The notes under the pieces were generated by a model, which searched no databases, was not told where the DNA came from, and saw nothing but the letters and a program-made list of their open reading frames with translations. 64,000 nucleotides of DNA from Patescibacteria group bacterium (lineage in GTDB: Bacteria > Patescibacteriota > Patescibacteriia > UBA9570): the NCBI GenBank assembly GCA_041665365.1, contig JBAYIY010000002.1:2178-66177 (forward strand), in the 5' to 3' direction. The position numbers were made by a program, and so were the translations under genes. Of this stretch, positions 48,613-60,518 are shown piece by piece (the first letter of the stretch is position 1; each line of letters opens with the position of its first letter).

Positions 48613-49524
48613 ATGCTACATCCAGAAACGCTGACGCATAATGGGTTGCGCTGGATAGACTTAGAACAACCAACCAAGACGTCACTGCAATTCTTGAAAA
48701 ACGAGTTTCCGTTTCATGTGTTGGATTACGAAGATATCCTAGCTATTACTCATCGCTCAAAAATAGATAAATACTCTGATTATATTTTTTTGGTATTGTT
48801 GTTTCCGTTACTTGATCGTAAAACCAATACGATTCGATCTGGTGAGATAGATTTTTTCTTAGGCAAAGATTATGTCGTCACGGTACACCGCGGTGACATT
48901 CCACCATTTGTTGATTTGTTTCAAGTCTGTACTGCTTCAGAAGAATCCCGCAATCAGTATATGGTGGCATCACCGCAGTTTTTATTGTACAAGATATTAC
49001 AACGCTTGTTTCAATATTGTTATCCCCTATTAGATAATATCGATGCTGAAATTGATCAAATTGAACGCCGGATTTTTTCAACTGGCCAACAAAGTTTATT
49101 GCAAGAAATTTTAGTTACCCGGCAAAATATTATTGATATTAGACGCATTGTACAACCCCACCGGCAAATTCTAATGCACTTACGCAGCGTTGAATTAGAT
49201 AAAAAATATATTGATTACTTCGATGACTTACTCGATTACACCCAAGAAATCTGGAACCAGTTAGAATCATATAAAGAATCGATTGAGGCACTACATGAAA
49301 CCAACCAATCGTTGATTTCTTATCGCATTAATGAGGTGATTAAAACTCTCACAGTTTTTTCGGCACTCATGTTACCCGCCGGTGTGATCGCCGGATTATT
49401 TGGCATGAATGCTGTCGATATTCCCTTTGCCGGACAACCGGAAGATTTCTACATTTTTACTGCCCTCACCGGTTTAGGAATCGGCTTAACTTTACTCTAT
49501 ATTAAAAGAAAGAAATTACTGTAA
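48613..49524 (+). CDS. corA: CorA-family magnesium transporter
   Basis: [18 protein letters not shown] signature, two C-terminal TMs. Confidence 0.93.
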   Translation: MLHPETLTHNGLRWIDLEQPTKTSLQFLKNEFPFHVLDYEDILAITHRSKIDKYSDYIFLVLLFPLLDRKTNTIRSGEIDFFLGKDYVVTVHRGDIPPFVDLFQVCTASEESRNQYMVASPQFLLYKILQRLFQYCYPLLDNIDAEIDQIERRIFSTGQQSLLQEILVTRQNIIDIRRIVQPHRQILMHLRSVELDKKYIDYFDDLLDYTQEIWNQLESYKESIEALHETNQSLISYRINEVIKTLTVFSALMLPAGVIAGLFGMNAVDIPFAGQPEDFYIFTALTGLGIGLTLLYIKRKKLL

Positions 49525-49526
49525 TC

Positions 49527-50897
49527 ATGAAACTCTATAATACTCTTACTCACCAACTAGATACTTTCACTCCCCTAGATCATAACCGCGTGGGTTTATA
49601 TACTTGTGGGCCAACCGTTTATAATTATGCCCATATTGGTAATTTACGCACTTATATATTTGAAGATATTTTAAGAAGAGTCTTGCAGTATAACGGTTAT
49701 GAAGTGAATCATGTCATGAATATTACAGATGTTGGACATTTAACCGATGATGCTGATGCCGGTGAAGATAAACTGGAAGTGGGCGCTGCCCGGGAGAAAA
49801 AATCCGTCTGGGATATTGCCAAATTTTATACCGAAGCCTTTTTCCAAGATAGTAAAGATCTTAATTTGTTAGAACCCAAGATAATTTGTCGCGCCACTGA
49901 CCATATTGAAGAACAAGTAAATTTAATAGTAGCCTTACAAGCTAAAGGTTTTACTTACCAAACCAAAGACGGTATTTATTTTGATACCAGTAAGTTATCT
50001 GATTACGGCAAGTTAGCCAGACTAGATATTAAAGGTTTAGCGGCTGGCAACCGAGTGACCATGGGTGAAAAGAAACACCCCACTGATTTTGCTTTATGGA
50101 AGCTCAGTCCAAAAAATAGTAAACGCCTGATGGAATGGAATTCTCCCTGGGGAGTAGGCTTTCCGGGGTGGCACATTGAGTGTTCAGCCATGAGTTTAAA
50201 ATACTTAGGCGATCATTTTGATATTCACTGCGGTGGGATTGATCATATCCCTGTCCATCACACCAATGAGATCGCCCAAAACGAAGCCGCGGCTGGGCAT
50301 CAAACTGTTAATTATTGGTTACACGGCGAATTTTTGCTCACTAATGATGAGCGCATGGGAAAATCCCAGGGGAATTTCTTAACTTTACAATTACTCAAAG
50401 ATAAAGGTTTTGACCCACTCGCCTACCGCTATTTCTGTTTCACTGCCCATTATCGCCAGAAACTAAATTTTACTTTTGAGGCTTTAACCGGCGCGCAACA
50501 AGCGCTGGAAAAATTACGACACCAAATGTTAACTTGGCCGGAACCAACTGAAGTGGATACTGTCACCATTGAAAAATTCACCCAAGCCATCAATGATGAT
50601 CTAAACATGCCACAAGTATTGGCTATAGTTTGGACTATGGTGCGATCAAATATGGATCCCAGTATCAAACATGCCACCATGTTAGAAATGGATATAGTTT
50701 TAGGCTTACATCTTAATCAATCACCGATCAGTATTCCGGCAGAAATTATGGAATTGGTTATGGCTCGAGAAACGGCTCGTGAAGCGAAAGAGTGGAAAGT
50801 ATCCGATGAGTTACGTGATAAAATTGCTCAACATGGGTTTGTCGTTGAGGATACTAAAACTGGTGCACGGGTATTTCCCTTGATAAAAAAAACATGA
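49527..50897 (+). CDS. cysS: Cysteine-tRNA ligase
   Basis: [33 protein letters not shown]. Confidence 0.97.
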   Translation: MKLYNTLTHQLDTFTPLDHNRVGLYTCGPTVYNYAHIGNLRTYIFEDILRRVLQYNGYEVNHVMNITDVGHLTDDADAGEDKLEVGAAREKKSVWDIAKFYTEAFFQDSKDLNLLEPKIICRATDHIEEQVNLIVALQAKGFTYQTKDGIYFDTSKLSDYGKLARLDIKGLAAGNRVTMGEKKHPTDFALWKLSPKNSKRLMEWNSPWGVGFPGWHIECSAMSLKYLGDHFDIHCGGIDHIPVHHTNEIAQNEAAAGHQTVNYWLHGEFLLTNDERMGKSQGNFLTLQLLKDKGFDPLAYRYFCFTAHYRQKLNFTFEALTGAQQALEKLRHQMLTWPEPTEVDTVTIEKFTQAINDDLNMPQVLAIVWTMVRSNMDPSIKHATMLEMDIVLGLHLNQSPISIPAEIMELVMARETAREAKEWKVSDELRDKIAQHGFVVEDTKTGARVFPLIKKT

Positions 50898-51862
50898 AGA
50901 ATCCGTGGTTGGATTTACCGAAACCAGTGGTGTGGTTAGCACCGATGAGTGGCATAACCAATTTAGCTTACCGGTTAATGGTTAAACAATTCGCCTCTGA
51001 TATTCTTTTTCCTGAATTTGTGTCCATTGATGCCATGCATTATGGTGCAGAAAAGTCTGACCAACTATTGGTTTATCAGGATAATGAGAGACCGATTATA
51101 GCTCAGTTGTTTGGCGCTGACCCAGACTTATTTCATGAGGCAGCTATAAAAATAAAACAATTAGGTTTTGATGGTGTTGATATAAACTTTGGTTGCCCGG
51201 CGCCGAAAGTAGCCAAGAACGGAGGTGGTTGCACTCTACTAAGTGATTTGGATAAATGTCGCGCCATCATAGAGGCTGTAATAGACGCTGTGGGTCAAGA
51301 CATGCCCGTATCTGTTAAAACTAGAGTCAGTTATAAATCAGTTCATGTACGCGATTTTTGCAAAAAGATTTCCGATTTACCATTGAGTAATATCACCATT
51401 CATGGTCGACCATTTGAAAAACCTTATGAAGGGGCCGCTGATTTAGATTGTATTAAAGAAGCTAAACAATTAGTACCATTTTTAGTGTGTGCCTCTGGTC
51501 ATGGCCATACACCCGAAGCGGCTAAATACACTTTAGACTATACTGGCTGTGATGGCATCGCTGTAGCCCGAGGGACATTTGGCAAACCCTGGTTAATTAA
51601 ACAAATCAAAGATTATTTAACTACTGGCCAATATTGGCAGCCCACCCAGAGTGAGATTTTAAATGTGATGTTGCAGCACGCTCGTTTGGCTGCTGAAAGT
51701 GAGGTTGATAAACCTTTTGTAGAAATAAGGAAAGTCTTAGGTTGGTACATTCGCGGTATCCCTAATGCGGCACAATATCGGGCTCAGTTAGTTAGGGTGA
51801 ACTCACTCGAAGAAGTTGAAGTTATAGTGGGAGAGATACGGAATAATTTACTTAGCAACTAA
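50894..51862 (+). CDS. tRNA-dihydrouridine synthase (DusB-like)
   Basis: LAPMSG, QLFG, DINFGCP, VSVKTR, IHGR. Confidence 0.92.
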   Translation: MKNPWLDLPKPVVWLAPMSGITNLAYRLMVKQFASDILFPEFVSIDAMHYGAEKSDQLLVYQDNERPIIAQLFGADPDLFHEAAIKIKQLGFDGVDINFGCPAPKVAKNGGGCTLLSDLDKCRAIIEAVIDAVGQDMPVSVKTRVSYKSVHVRDFCKKISDLPLSNITIHGRPFEKPYEGAADLDCIKEAKQLVPFLVCASGHGHTPEAAKYTLDYTGCDGIAVARGTFGKPWLIKQIKDYLTTGQYWQPTQSEILNVMLQHARLAAESEVDKPFVEIRKVLGWYIRGIPNAAQYRAQLVRVNSLEEVEVIVGEIRNNLLSN

Positions 51863-51864
51863 AA

Positions 51865-51977
51865 CACCTCCCCAACCCTCCTATCGTAGGAGGGGGTAAG
51901 AAAATAGACAGATTTTTTTTCAACCCCTTCCTACAATAGGAAGGGGTGGCCCGAGTCATCGAGGGACGGGGATGGTG
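51865..51977. repeat. GC-rich hairpin pair (REP-like or terminator)
   Basis: CCCTCCTA-TCG-TAGGAGGG and ACCCCTTCCTA-CAA-TAGGAAGGGGT between convergent genes. Confidence 0.65.
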
Positions 51978-51988
51978 TCCTAAGGTTC

Positions 51989-52618
51989 CTACTCTCTATT
52001 TCTTCCCACTACAATCATAGCCACGATCGGGGCGGCGATCCAGGCAAAATGAGTCCACTCGTTAGTGAAGATATATTGCGTTAAAGGCGAAAATTTATTC
52101 AGGATATTTACCGGCATAAAAGACAGTGTCACGGACACGAGTAAACCCACATGGAGTATGCTGAACACTAAAGTCTGCCACCACTTCCCTTCTCCATTTG
52201 GAGCCAGCGCATTCAACACCGCTTGGCGCGATAACAAAAAGAATAACACAATAAACACAGCAATAAACGCCGTAATCTGCACCGTGTAACTATCATTCAC
52301 TTTAATATTCAAAACAAAATCCGGTAACGCCGCTACTACCGCTAGCGCCATGTAAATACTAACCATGATGGCAATAATACGATCTTTTCCCAGAGATAAA
52401 CCATAAAGTAAAGCTCCCACAATAAAAAAACCAACTAGAAAAAGATCCCAAGTTGGATTATTCAAATCAATTTTCTTTAAGGCCGTATCAATATTAACCT
52501 GAGCGGAAGAAATCGTTTCACCCGAATTCGTTGCCGCATTGGTGTTTGTTACTGTGCCTGTGGCCGTGTTGGTATTAGTAACAACTGTAATATTTTTTTT
52601 AACTGTTTTGTCTTTCAT
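51989..52618 (-). CDS. Hypothetical membrane protein
   Basis: T/N-rich N-terminus followed by about five TM helices. Confidence 0.7.
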   Translation of the reverse strand: MKDKTVKKNITVVTNTNTATGTVTNTNAATNSGETISSAQVNIDTALKKIDLNNPTWDLFLVGFFIVGALLYGLSLGKDRIIAIMVSIYMALAVVAALPDFVLNIKVNDSYTVQITAFIAVFIVLFFLLSRQAVLNALAPNGEGKWWQTLVFSILHVGLLVSVTLSFMPVNILNKFSPLTQYIFTNEWTHFAWIAAPIVAMIVVGRNRE

Positions 52619-52657
52619 TCACAGATCAGTATACCACAGCCGAACTATCTGAATCAA

Positions 52658-53803
52658 CTAAAAACCAAACAAGCCACCGCCAGCATCAACGGATTCAGCA
52701 TGCAGGGCGGCTAAATCTTGGAAAAGTTTCTTGTCTTTCTTGGATAATTTAGTTGGAGTTATTACTGTTACAGTAACTAACTGATCACCTCTGTCACTAG
52801 AACTACCTAAATGTGGCACACCTTTATCTCTTAATCTAAATATTTTACCCGATTGTGTGCCGGCTGGAATTTTTAACTCGATCTTACCATCGACGGTATC
52901 AACATCAACATGGGTGCCAAGCGCCGCTTGAGCAAAAGATACTTCCAACTCGGTGAGAATGTCATATTGTTTGCGGGTAAACTCTTTACTGGGTTTTACG
53001 CGCACCCGTACATACAAATCACCGGCTCTACCGCCATACGCTGGCATTTCCCCTTCTCCATCCAAACGAATCATTTGGTTATCATCAATGCCAGCGGGAA
53101 TCTTCACAGAAAATTTAGCCGTTTTTTTCTTCACACCGGTACCGGTACACTCATTACATTTTTTCTCCGGCAATGAACCAGTGCCACGACACTCCGGGCA
53201 AGTGGCGCGCGACCGCATCGCACCAAGAATAGTGCGCTGAATTTGTTCAACTACACCATGGCCACCGCACGTTGCACATTGTTTGGTCTTACTACCTGGC
53301 TCTGCGCCATCACCATGGCAGTGTGCACAAGCGGCCGTTTTATAAACTTCAATCTCTTGCTCAGAACCAAACACAGCCTGTTTAAAATCCAAATCCACTT
53401 TGACTTCAATATCCGAACCGGTTGTCTGACGTCGACTGGAACCACCGCCACCGCCAAAAAAATCTGAAAAGATATCACCGATATCACCAAAATCAAAATT
53501 GGCTCCACTAAACCCACCGCCACCTTGCGATTGCTGCCTGGCCTGACGCATGTAATCATTCCAATTCATGCCACCACCAAAACCACCCTGTTGCTCAAAG
53601 TCTGCCCCGTATTGATCATATTGTTTGCGCTTCTCCGCATTGCCCACCACCTGATAAGCCTCGTTAATCTCTTTAAACTTAGCCTCATCACCCGACGCCT
53701 TGTCCGGGTGATACTGGTGCGCTAATTTTCGAAACGCCTTTTTGATCTCATCATGCGAGGCACCTTTTTCGATTCCGAGTGTTTTGTAATAATCTTTAGA
53801 CAT
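52658..53803 (-). CDS. dnaJ: Chaperone DnaJ
   Basis: J-domain HPD, G/F region, four CxxCxGxG motifs. Confidence 0.97.
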   Translation of the reverse strand: MSKDYYKTLGIEKGASHDEIKKAFRKLAHQYHPDKASGDEAKFKEINEAYQVVGNAEKRKQYDQYGADFEQQGGFGGGMNWNDYMRQARQQSQGGGGFSGANFDFGDIGDIFSDFFGGGGGSSRRQTTGSDIEVKVDLDFKQAVFGSEQEIEVYKTAACAHCHGDGAEPGSKTKQCATCGGHGVVEQIQRTILGAMRSRATCPECRGTGSLPEKKCNECTGTGVKKKTAKFSVKIPAGIDDNQMIRLDGEGEMPAYGGRAGDLYVRVRVKPSKEFTRKQYDILTELEVSFAQAALGTHVDVDTVDGKIELKIPAGTQSGKIFRLRDKGVPHLGSSSDRGDQLVTVTVITPTKLSKKDKKLFQDLAALHAESVDAGGGLFGF

Positions 53804-53811
53804 GAATCAAT

Positions 53812-55731
53812 TTAATCCTTCTTCTCCTTAAACTCAGCATCCTCTACAACCTCTCCCTCTTTTGTCTTTCCTTCAGCGTCTTCAGGTTTTTGTTCAGCGC
53901 CTTTCTGCGATCCCTTGTCCGCCTCTTGCGCGGCTTTATAGGCTACCTCACCCATCTTCTGCGCGGCGGTGGCTAACTCATCAGAGGTTTTTTTGATCTT
54001 TTCAATGTCATCACCGGACAGAGCAGTTTTAACATCTTCCATTTTATCTTGAATGTTTTTTACTTCTTCCGGAGATAATTTAGCACCATGTTCTTTGACG
54101 GCTTTCTCGGTGGTATAAACCATCGTTTCCGCCAGATTCTTAGTTTCAGTCAACTCTTTTTTCTTGCGATCTTCATCGGCATGTAACTCGGCTTCTTTGG
54201 CCATCTTTTCCACTTCTTCTTTACTTAAACCAGTGGAAGCGGTAATACGAATACTTTGCTCTTTATTGGTGGCTTTATCTTTGGCTTTCACATTAAGAAT
54301 ACCATTAGCATCGATATCAAACGTCACTTCAACTTGTGGCAAACCACGGGGCGCTGGTGGTAAACCAGTTAAAACAAACTTACCGAGCGATTTATTATCC
54401 GCGGCCATTTCCCGTTCACCTTGCAACACATGAATCTCCACTGAGGTTTGATTATCAGCCGCGGTACTAAACACCTGGCTCTTGGAGGTTGGAATGGTGG
54501 TATTGCGTGGAATCAATGGTGTGCGCACACCGCCGAGGGTTTCTAAACCTAAGGTTAAAGGTGTGACATCAAGTAGCAATACATCTTTCACTTCGCCTTG
54601 TAACACACCGGCCTGAATGGCAGCACCAATGGCGACAACTTCATCCGGGTTTACGCCAGCGTGTGGTTCTTTTCCAAAAAATTCTTTCACTTTACGAATC
54701 ACCATCGGCATACGCGTCATTCCACCCACTAACACCACTTCATGAATATCACCCACTGACAAACCGGCGTCTTTTAAAGCGGCTTTGACTGGCTCCATGG
54801 ATTTATCCACCAAGCCACCCACTAACTCTTCCAATTTAGAGCGCGTTAAACGAATGACTAAATGTTTTGGACCAGTTGACGGATCGTTCGCGATAAATGG
54901 CTGATTAATTTCCGTTTCTTGCGCAGACGACAATTCAATCTTGGCTTTCTCAGCCGCTTCTTTTAAACGTTGTAAAGCTAATTTATCTTTGGAAAGATCA
55001 ATCCCTTCTTGTTTCTTAAATTCATCAATTAACCATTTAATTAAATACTGATCAAAGTCATCACCGCCTAAGTGCGTATCACCATTAGTGGCTTTTACTT
55101 CAACGGTATCGTTACCGACTTCCAGAATGGAAATATCAAACGTACCACCGCCTAAATCATAGACGGCAATTTTCTCATCGGCTTTTTTATCAAAGCCATA
55201 AGCTAAGGCCGCCGCGGTTGGTTCATTGATAATCCGTTTGACATCCAAGCCAGCGATTTTACCGGCGTCTTTAGTGGCCTGACGTTGGGCATCATCAAAA
55301 TACGCTGGCACAGTAATGACAGCTTCTGTCACTGGTGCACCTAATCTGGCTTCAGCATCGGCTTTTAATTTCGCTAACACCATGGCCGAAATTTCCTGAG
55401 GGGCATAATTTTTATCACCCATCTTCACACTAACACCTTCACCATCTTGTTTCACAGCATAAGGTAACATCTTAATATCACTCTGCACGGTGGCTTCACC
55501 AAACCGGCGGCCAATTAAACGCTTCACCGAAAAGATAGTATTATCGGCATTGGTCACGGCCTGACGTTTGGCCACTTGCCCCACCAGACGATCTCCATTT
55601 TTCGATAAGGCTACCACTGACGGAGTCGTGCGCAGTCCTTCTGAATTTTCTAATACTTTTGGTTGTCCACCTTCAATCACTGCCACGCAGGAGTTGGTAG
55701 TACCAAGATCAATTCCGATAATTTTTCCCAT
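53812..55731 (-). CDS. dnaK: Chaperone DnaK
   Basis: [28 protein letters not shown]. Start at the ATG at 55731. Confidence 0.98.
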   Translation of the reverse strand: MGKIIGIDLGTTNSCVAVIEGGQPKVLENSEGLRTTPSVVALSKNGDRLVGQVAKRQAVTNADNTIFSVKRLIGRRFGEATVQSDIKMLPYAVKQDGEGVSVKMGDKNYAPQEISAMVLAKLKADAEARLGAPVTEAVITVPAYFDDAQRQATKDAGKIAGLDVKRIINEPTAAALAYGFDKKADEKIAVYDLGGGTFDISILEVGNDTVEVKATNGDTHLGGDDFDQYLIKWLIDEFKKQEGIDLSKDKLALQRLKEAAEKAKIELSSAQETEINQPFIANDPSTGPKHLVIRLTRSKLEELVGGLVDKSMEPVKAALKDAGLSVGDIHEVVLVGGMTRMPMVIRKVKEFFGKEPHAGVNPDEVVAIGAAIQAGVLQGEVKDVLLLDVTPLTLGLETLGGVRTPLIPRNTTIPTSKSQVFSTAADNQTSVEIHVLQGEREMAADNKSLGKFVLTGLPPAPRGLPQVEVTFDIDANGILNVKAKDKATNKEQSIRITASTGLSKEEVEKMAKEAELHADEDRKKKELTETKNLAETMVYTTEKAVKEHGAKLSPEEVKNIQDKMEDVKTALSGDDIEKIKKTSDELATAAQKMGEVAYKAAQEADKGSQKGAEQKPEDAEGKTKEGEVVEDAEFKEKKD

Positions 55732-55743
55732 AAATTTTTTATT

Positions 55744-55768
55744 GAGACATGCCATGGCATGTCTTTAC
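55744..55768. repeat. Degenerate copy of the 16168-16215 REP core
   Basis: GAGACATGCCATGGCATGTCTTTAC. Confidence 0.75.
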
Positions 55769-55776
55769 TAATTAAG

Positions 55777-56199
55777 TTACTTAGTTGAAACTTTAATCGT
55801 CTTTTTCTGTGCCACAGTCGCTTTGGGGATACTAACTTTTAGCATACCACTGACATAATCGGCTTTGGCTTGATCGCCATCCACGCTGCAAGGTAAAGCC
55901 ACCGCGCGATGGAAAGATCCATAACGCACTTCTTTGCGATAATAATCTTTTTCATCGACTTCGGATTGTTTTTCACTACTCCCTTCAATCGATAACACAT
56001 CGTTTTCAATTGAAATTTTTAACTTGTCGGCATCCACTCCGGGTAATGGAGTTTCTACCACCACTTGATTATCTTTTTCATAGACATCAACCGCTGGAGA
56101 GAAATTACCAGCCGTTAAATTGCCAGAAAAATCTTCGAACATATTGTTGAAATCCTGAAACATGGGCGGGTTAACGGGTGACCATTTTACTAATCTCAT
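55777..56199 (-). CDS. Hsp20/alpha-crystallin small heat shock protein
   Basis: PAVDVYE, LPGV, YGSFHRAVALP, GMLKVSIPK. Confidence 0.95.
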   Translation of the reverse strand: MRLVKWSPVNPPMFQDFNNMFEDFSGNLTAGNFSPAVDVYEKDNQVVVETPLPGVDADKLKISIENDVLSIEGSSEKQSEVDEKDYYRKEVRYGSFHRAVALPCSVDGDQAKADYVSGMLKVSIPKATVAQKKTIKVSTK

Positions 56200-56228
56200 A
56201 GGTATGTTTATTAATGTTATTAATTGAT

Positions 56229-56717
56229 TTATTTTTTCGCCACAATGACTTTGGCGTGACGAATCACTTTATCGTGCATCATGAAACCAGCTTGGGCTTC
56301 ACGCACGATGGTTTGATCGGGTTGCTCGGAGGCTTCTTCACCCACCGCCTCATGGAGGTGTGGATCAAACGGTTTACCAACCGTCTCCATTCGTTCAACC
56401 GAATGGTTTTTTAAAACTTGGAGTAAATAAGTTTGAATGTGCTTAACACCTTGCAGCCAAGGTTGCGTCAGTTGTTCCGGTGGAATAGCTTGGAAAGCGC
56501 TATCGAAATAATCTACCAGTGGGCAAAGTTCCTGCAGTAAATCTTCATTGGCAAATTGTCTAATATGTTTTAAACGTTCGTCTGTTTCCCGTTGTAAGTT
56601 TCTGTAATCGGCCGTGGCTCGTTGCGCCACTTCTTTATAATCAATTTCAGTTGGTTCTTCCGGCGTTTCTTCCGCCTGTTCTTCGACGGCCGGTTCAATT
56701 GGTTCTGTTTCAGTCAT
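56229..56717 (-). CDS. grpE: Nucleotide exchange factor GrpE
   Basis: RATADYRNLQR, FDPHLHEAV, GFMMHDKVIRHAKVIV. Confidence 0.95.
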   Translation of the reverse strand: MTETEPIEPAVEEQAEETPEEPTEIDYKEVAQRATADYRNLQRETDERLKHIRQFANEDLLQELCPLVDYFDSAFQAIPPEQLTQPWLQGVKHIQTYLLQVLKNHSVERMETVGKPFDPHLHEAVGEEASEQPDQTIVREAQAGFMMHDKVIRHAKVIVAKK

Positions 56718-56720
56718 ATT

Positions 56721-57443
56721 TTATGGTTGATAAGTGTTTAATAGTGCTTTGGTATATTTCATTAGCCCGTAATTATACTGATACTGCATGCGCATCGGGC
56801 CAAGCAACGCCATGGTGCCGGCCACATTGGCAGCACGATAGGGTGTCACCAACACGCTACAATACCGGCTAATAGGATTATCACTCCCGACATAAAACGT
56901 AATATCATCATCTGGCTCGGTGCTGTGCAATTTCATCATGACATCATCTAAGTGATCAATTAATTGAGTAAAGCGTAACATCTCATTAACGCTCTTAAAT
57001 TCTGGCTTACTAAATAAGTTTGAAATACCAGTATAAAAGAAACTACTCCGGTTTAAACTAATCAGTATCGCCTCTTGTGATTTCGCCGCCACGCCTTTCA
57101 TGACAGTTTTAATCATCCCCTCTGTGCCTTGATCGGACACCACTTTGGTTAATTGTCTTAACTCTTCTTGGCTAGCTGTATCCAATTCGTTTTTGCTATC
57201 CAAGAATTCTTCCAAAAAATAGCGATACCCTTGTTCGGTTGGTATCCGCCCGGCGGATGTATGCGGCTGAATAATCAGGCCAGCGTCTTCTAATTCCTTC
57301 ATTTCATTGCGAATTGTCGCTGAAGATAGATCTAAACCCAACTTATCCACAAGCAATTGTGAAGGAACCGGTTTGGCCTCAACGCCGTATTCTTCAATAA
57401 TCCCCAATAAAAGCGCTTGTTTTCTATCAGATAAGGCAGCCAT
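56721..57443 (-). CDS. hrcA: Heat-inducible transcription repressor HrcA, short form
   Basis: LSSATIRNEM, PHTSAGRIPT, GPMRMQY. Start at the ATG at 57443, downstream of CIRCE. Confidence 0.95.
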   Translation of the reverse strand: MAALSDRKQALLLGIIEEYGVEAKPVPSQLLVDKLGLDLSSATIRNEMKELEDAGLIIQPHTSAGRIPTEQGYRYFLEEFLDSKNELDTASQEELRQLTKVVSDQGTEGMIKTVMKGVAAKSQEAILISLNRSSFFYTGISNLFSKPEFKSVNEMLRFTQLIDHLDDVMMKLHSTEPDDDITFYVGSDNPISRYCSVLVTPYRAANVAGTMALLGPMRMQYQYNYGLMKYTKALLNTYQP

Positions 57444-57460
57444 AACTGTATGATAAATAA

Positions 57461-57487
57461 TTAGCACTCCCCTGTCAAGAGTGCTAA
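57461..57487. promoter_or_regulatory. CIRCE element
   Basis: Perfect TTAGCACTC-N9-GAGTGCTAA; on the minus strand it overlaps TTGACA. Confidence 0.97.
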
Positions 57488-57519
57488 TTATATGTTTGAT
57501 CAAGTATTTCTTTTGTAAC

Positions 57520-57921
57520 TCAGCGATAATGACGTAAATTGTCCAAGGGTACAACACCCATCATTCTTTTACACCTCGTAGCAATTTCAGTAGGCATCAC
57601 CTTAGTTTTCTCCCAAAATGCCAAAGCACCTAAATTTTTGGTTTGTTCCATAATCTCCCGACCGGCCAGGTTTGATAGCATAATAACAGGAATATTATTG
57701 GTAGTAGTATCTGACTTCAGTTTCTTTAAAACCTCAATACCACTCATATCCTCCATAATAATATCAAGCAAGATTAGGTTAGGGTGAAGAGCGCGAGCTT
57801 GGGCTAGGCCGTAATTACCACCATCCGCCGTTTCTAGTTTCATCCCGACATGCTGAAATGCAATGAAGTAAAGCATTGCTTGATCAAGGTCATCTTCAAT
57901 TAGCAGCACTTGCTTAGTCAT
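57520..57921 (-). CDS. Single-domain response regulator (receiver)
   Basis: LLIEDD, ILLDIIM, PVIMLSN, K. Confidence 0.9.
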   Translation of the reverse strand: MTKQVLLIEDDLDQAMLYFIAFQHVGMKLETADGGNYGLAQARALHPNLILLDIIMEDMSGIEVLKKLKSDTTTNNIPVIMLSNLAGREIMEQTKNLGALAFWEKTKVMPTEIATRCKRMMGVVPLDNLRHYR

Positions 57922-57925
57922 ATCA

Positions 57926-59560
57926 TTACGATTTGGTCAGTTCAACGTAAAATGTCGTTCCTTTGCCTTCACCTGGGCTAATGAAGTAAATCTTACCACC
58001 CGGATGAGCTTCAATGATTTTCTTTACAATAAATAATCCTAAGCCAGACCCATCAGCATAAGAGTTAACAGCATTTCTCGCACGTGTAAATTTCTCAAAT
58101 ATCTTGGGTTGATCATCTACGGGTACACCAATACCTGAATCACTAATTTTTACAATGACTTTGTTAGTCCCTATTTCAGGTAATAGTAGTTCCATCTTTA
58201 CAAAGCCTTTGGGTGTATATTTGATGGCATTATCAACGATATTAAACAAAGCATTTTCAAGATAATGCTCATTGCCGGAAACCATGACAGCCTTGTCACT
58301 CGCTACCTGCTCATAGGTAAGGGTAATTTTGCTTGCGTCGGCCTTTTCTTGAAGATCAGTATAAACTTTTTTTAATAGCTTCTGCACATCTAACGGTTTA
58401 ATAGCTTCCTTGGACAGGTGAAAATTCATAATATCCATTTCTGATGCCTGCAAAATATCGTTAATGATACAAGTGAGTTTCCTGGATTTTACAAAAATAC
58501 CTTCAAGTAACTTGGCCTTCTGGTCTGGCGGTAGTTGGTCTATTGTTCCGTCCTGCATCAACGATAGTGTACCGGTGATTAGGGATACAGGCGTACGGAG
58601 TTGATGGGATGCCACTGTCAAAAAATCAGATCGCGCTTTAATGAGTTGCTCGATGGCTTGGTTTTGTTTGATTTCTAGAAGAATATTTTTGATCAATGCA
58701 ATACCAAATATTATAGTCAGTAAAAATGTAACTGTCGTCACAATACGTAGTGTTTCAACTTGACTAATAAAAATCATGGAAAAATTCAGCGTGGCTAAAG
58801 AAAATACCAATGCGAAAGAACCTACAAGTTTGATGTTAAACGTTTTATATTTTACTATGCCGTACATAAGGAAACCGATAAATATAGGCATGCCTATCAA
58901 ACCAACTTGTGCTAACGTCCAGTTCTCTGTAAAACTTCCTATTAGGTTACCCGAAGAAAATGCTATTAAAAATAGTACGATTCCAATACCAAAGATCATT
59001 ACCTCTTTCTTTCTCGTAGGGGTAGAAATTTTTCTGTATTCAAAAATAGTCAGAAATGTAATTGACAATATAAATACTGATTCAATAATATAAGTAAAAT
59101 ATTGAGCCATAAAACCTTCTATGGCATTACATGTACTTACATTTACACCAATCAGACTATAGTTGGTCGGTAAAAGTAAAACTACAGGCAAATATAAAAG
59201 TATAGCTAACAGTTTCCATTTTAATAACAAGTCTTTGTTTTTAATAAATATATACGCTAAATAGAAACATATTAGATAGACGAACGGTTCAACTAAGATT
59301 TGTAACGACCAGAAGAACAAAACAACATCTGGTCTATTTGTCGCCCATACTATCAAATCAAATAAACACCATAAAGAAAACAAAATACTAACTGTCAGTA
59401 AAGATATTCCTACTTTAGATTTACCACTTCTATAAAAAACAAGAAATCCTACAAGTAATGCTACAATTATAGCTGGAATATGTGAGTAGAAAAAAAGAGT
59501 AGGTATGTTACTTGAATAAATAAAGTATTGAGCTGTTTCCCAGGGACATAATTGTTCCAT
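57926..59560 (-). CDS. Histidine kinase with N-terminal 7TM-type sensor
   Basis: Multi-TM N-terminus, SHQLRTPV, NIVDNAIKY, DSGIG, GSGLGL. Confidence 0.92.
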   Translation of the reverse strand: MEQLCPWETAQYFIYSSNIPTLFFYSHIPAIIVALLVGFLVFYRSGKSKVGISLLTVSILFSLWCLFDLIVWATNRPDVVLFFWSLQILVEPFVYLICFYLAYIFIKNKDLLLKWKLLAILLYLPVVLLLPTNYSLIGVNVSTCNAIEGFMAQYFTYIIESVFILSITFLTIFEYRKISTPTRKKEVMIFGIGIVLFLIAFSSGNLIGSFTENWTLAQVGLIGMPIFIGFLMYGIVKYKTFNIKLVGSFALVFSLATLNFSMIFISQVETLRIVTTVTFLLTIIFGIALIKNILLEIKQNQAIEQLIKARSDFLTVASHQLRTPVSLITGTLSLMQDGTIDQLPPDQKAKLLEGIFVKSRKLTCIINDILQASEMDIMNFHLSKEAIKPLDVQKLLKKVYTDLQEKADASKITLTYEQVASDKAVMVSGNEHYLENALFNIVDNAIKYTPKGFVKMELLLPEIGTNKVIVKISDSGIGVPVDDQPKIFEKFTRARNAVNSYADGSGLGLFIVKKIIEAHPGGKIYFISPGEGKGTTFYVELTKS

Positions 59561-59585
59561 AACTGTATTCTACATGTAAATGTTG

Positions 59586-60515
59586 TTAATGGGAAGTTGA
59601 ATATAAGAAGTAACTACCTATTAAGATAGTTCCGATAGAAATAATCTTATGGAATAAATGTTTTTTGGAGATTTTCTCAGATATAAACTTTGGAAAAAAT
59701 ATTGTTAATAGTACGGCGCTAAGAAAAACAAAAAGGGATTGATAACTATTTACAACAAACACCAGGGCTACAGGGGCGATCAATATAGCAAAATTGTTTG
59801 CAAGGCCACCAACTATATATAAAAGCTCGCTTACTACATTGAGAGACAAGACATTTAGTTTCGGCGCAGTAATCATAGCGATAAAATTTTGTCTAAATTT
59901 TTTATAAAAAATTAGAACTACTATTCCAAAAATTGTCAGCCCAACATATTGCCAAAAAATCGATACCCAATAACCATTCTCAAGAGCTAATTTTTTAAAT
60001 AAAACTCCACTGACAGCAAATAAAAAGGAAGCAGAAATTATTAACGATAGGACTTTCTTTTTTAAAGTAAATTTGTTATTTATATCAATCTCCACGGAAA
60101 GCATTAAAATACCTAATAAAATTAATAAGGAAGAAAAGATCTGAGGTACGTTAAGTGACTCTCCAAGAAGAAAATAACCTAAAATATAACCAAAAATAGG
60201 GTCAAGCTGAAACAATGGGATTACTGTTGAGGCTTCTTCTATGTCCATTGCTTTCAAGTAAAAATAAAAAGCCATAGCACCCAAGAAACCAATAAATGAC
60301 AATACAAAAAAATTGTTTAGAGATATATTGAAAATTGCAGAAAAATGAAAGTAGACAATAAATGGTAAAATAATAAATGAAGAAAGGGAAGAAAAAATAA
60401 GAATAGCACCAACACCCCTGCCCTCTTGATATCTAGAAAGAATATGTTTATCAATATGATTAACAACACCCCAGAGAGTCGGAGCTACTAGTGACAATAT
60501 AAACCAGTTCGGCAT
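59586..60515 (-). CDS. EamA/DMT-family transporter
   Basis: About 10 TMs; EEASTVIPL..P...LGESL repeat pattern. Confidence 0.82.
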   Translation of the reverse strand: MPNWFILSLVAPTLWGVVNHIDKHILSRYQEGRGVGAILIFSSLSSFIILPFIVYFHFSAIFNISLNNFFVLSFIGFLGAMAFYFYLKAMDIEEASTVIPLFQLDPIFGYILGYFLLGESLNVPQIFSSLLILLGILMLSVEIDINNKFTLKKKVLSLIISASFLFAVSGVLFKKLALENGYWVSIFWQYVGLTIFGIVVLIFYKKFRQNFIAMITAPKLNVLSLNVVSELLYIVGGLANNFAILIAPVALVFVVNSYQSLFVFLSAVLLTIFFPKFISEKISKKHLFHKIISIGTILIGSYFLYSTSH

Positions 60516-60518
60516 AAA

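Noticed and set aside
57444-57557. N-terminal extension of HrcA in the ORF track
   Set aside because: It overlaps CIRCE and the upstream gene; the ATG at 57443 matches the family start.
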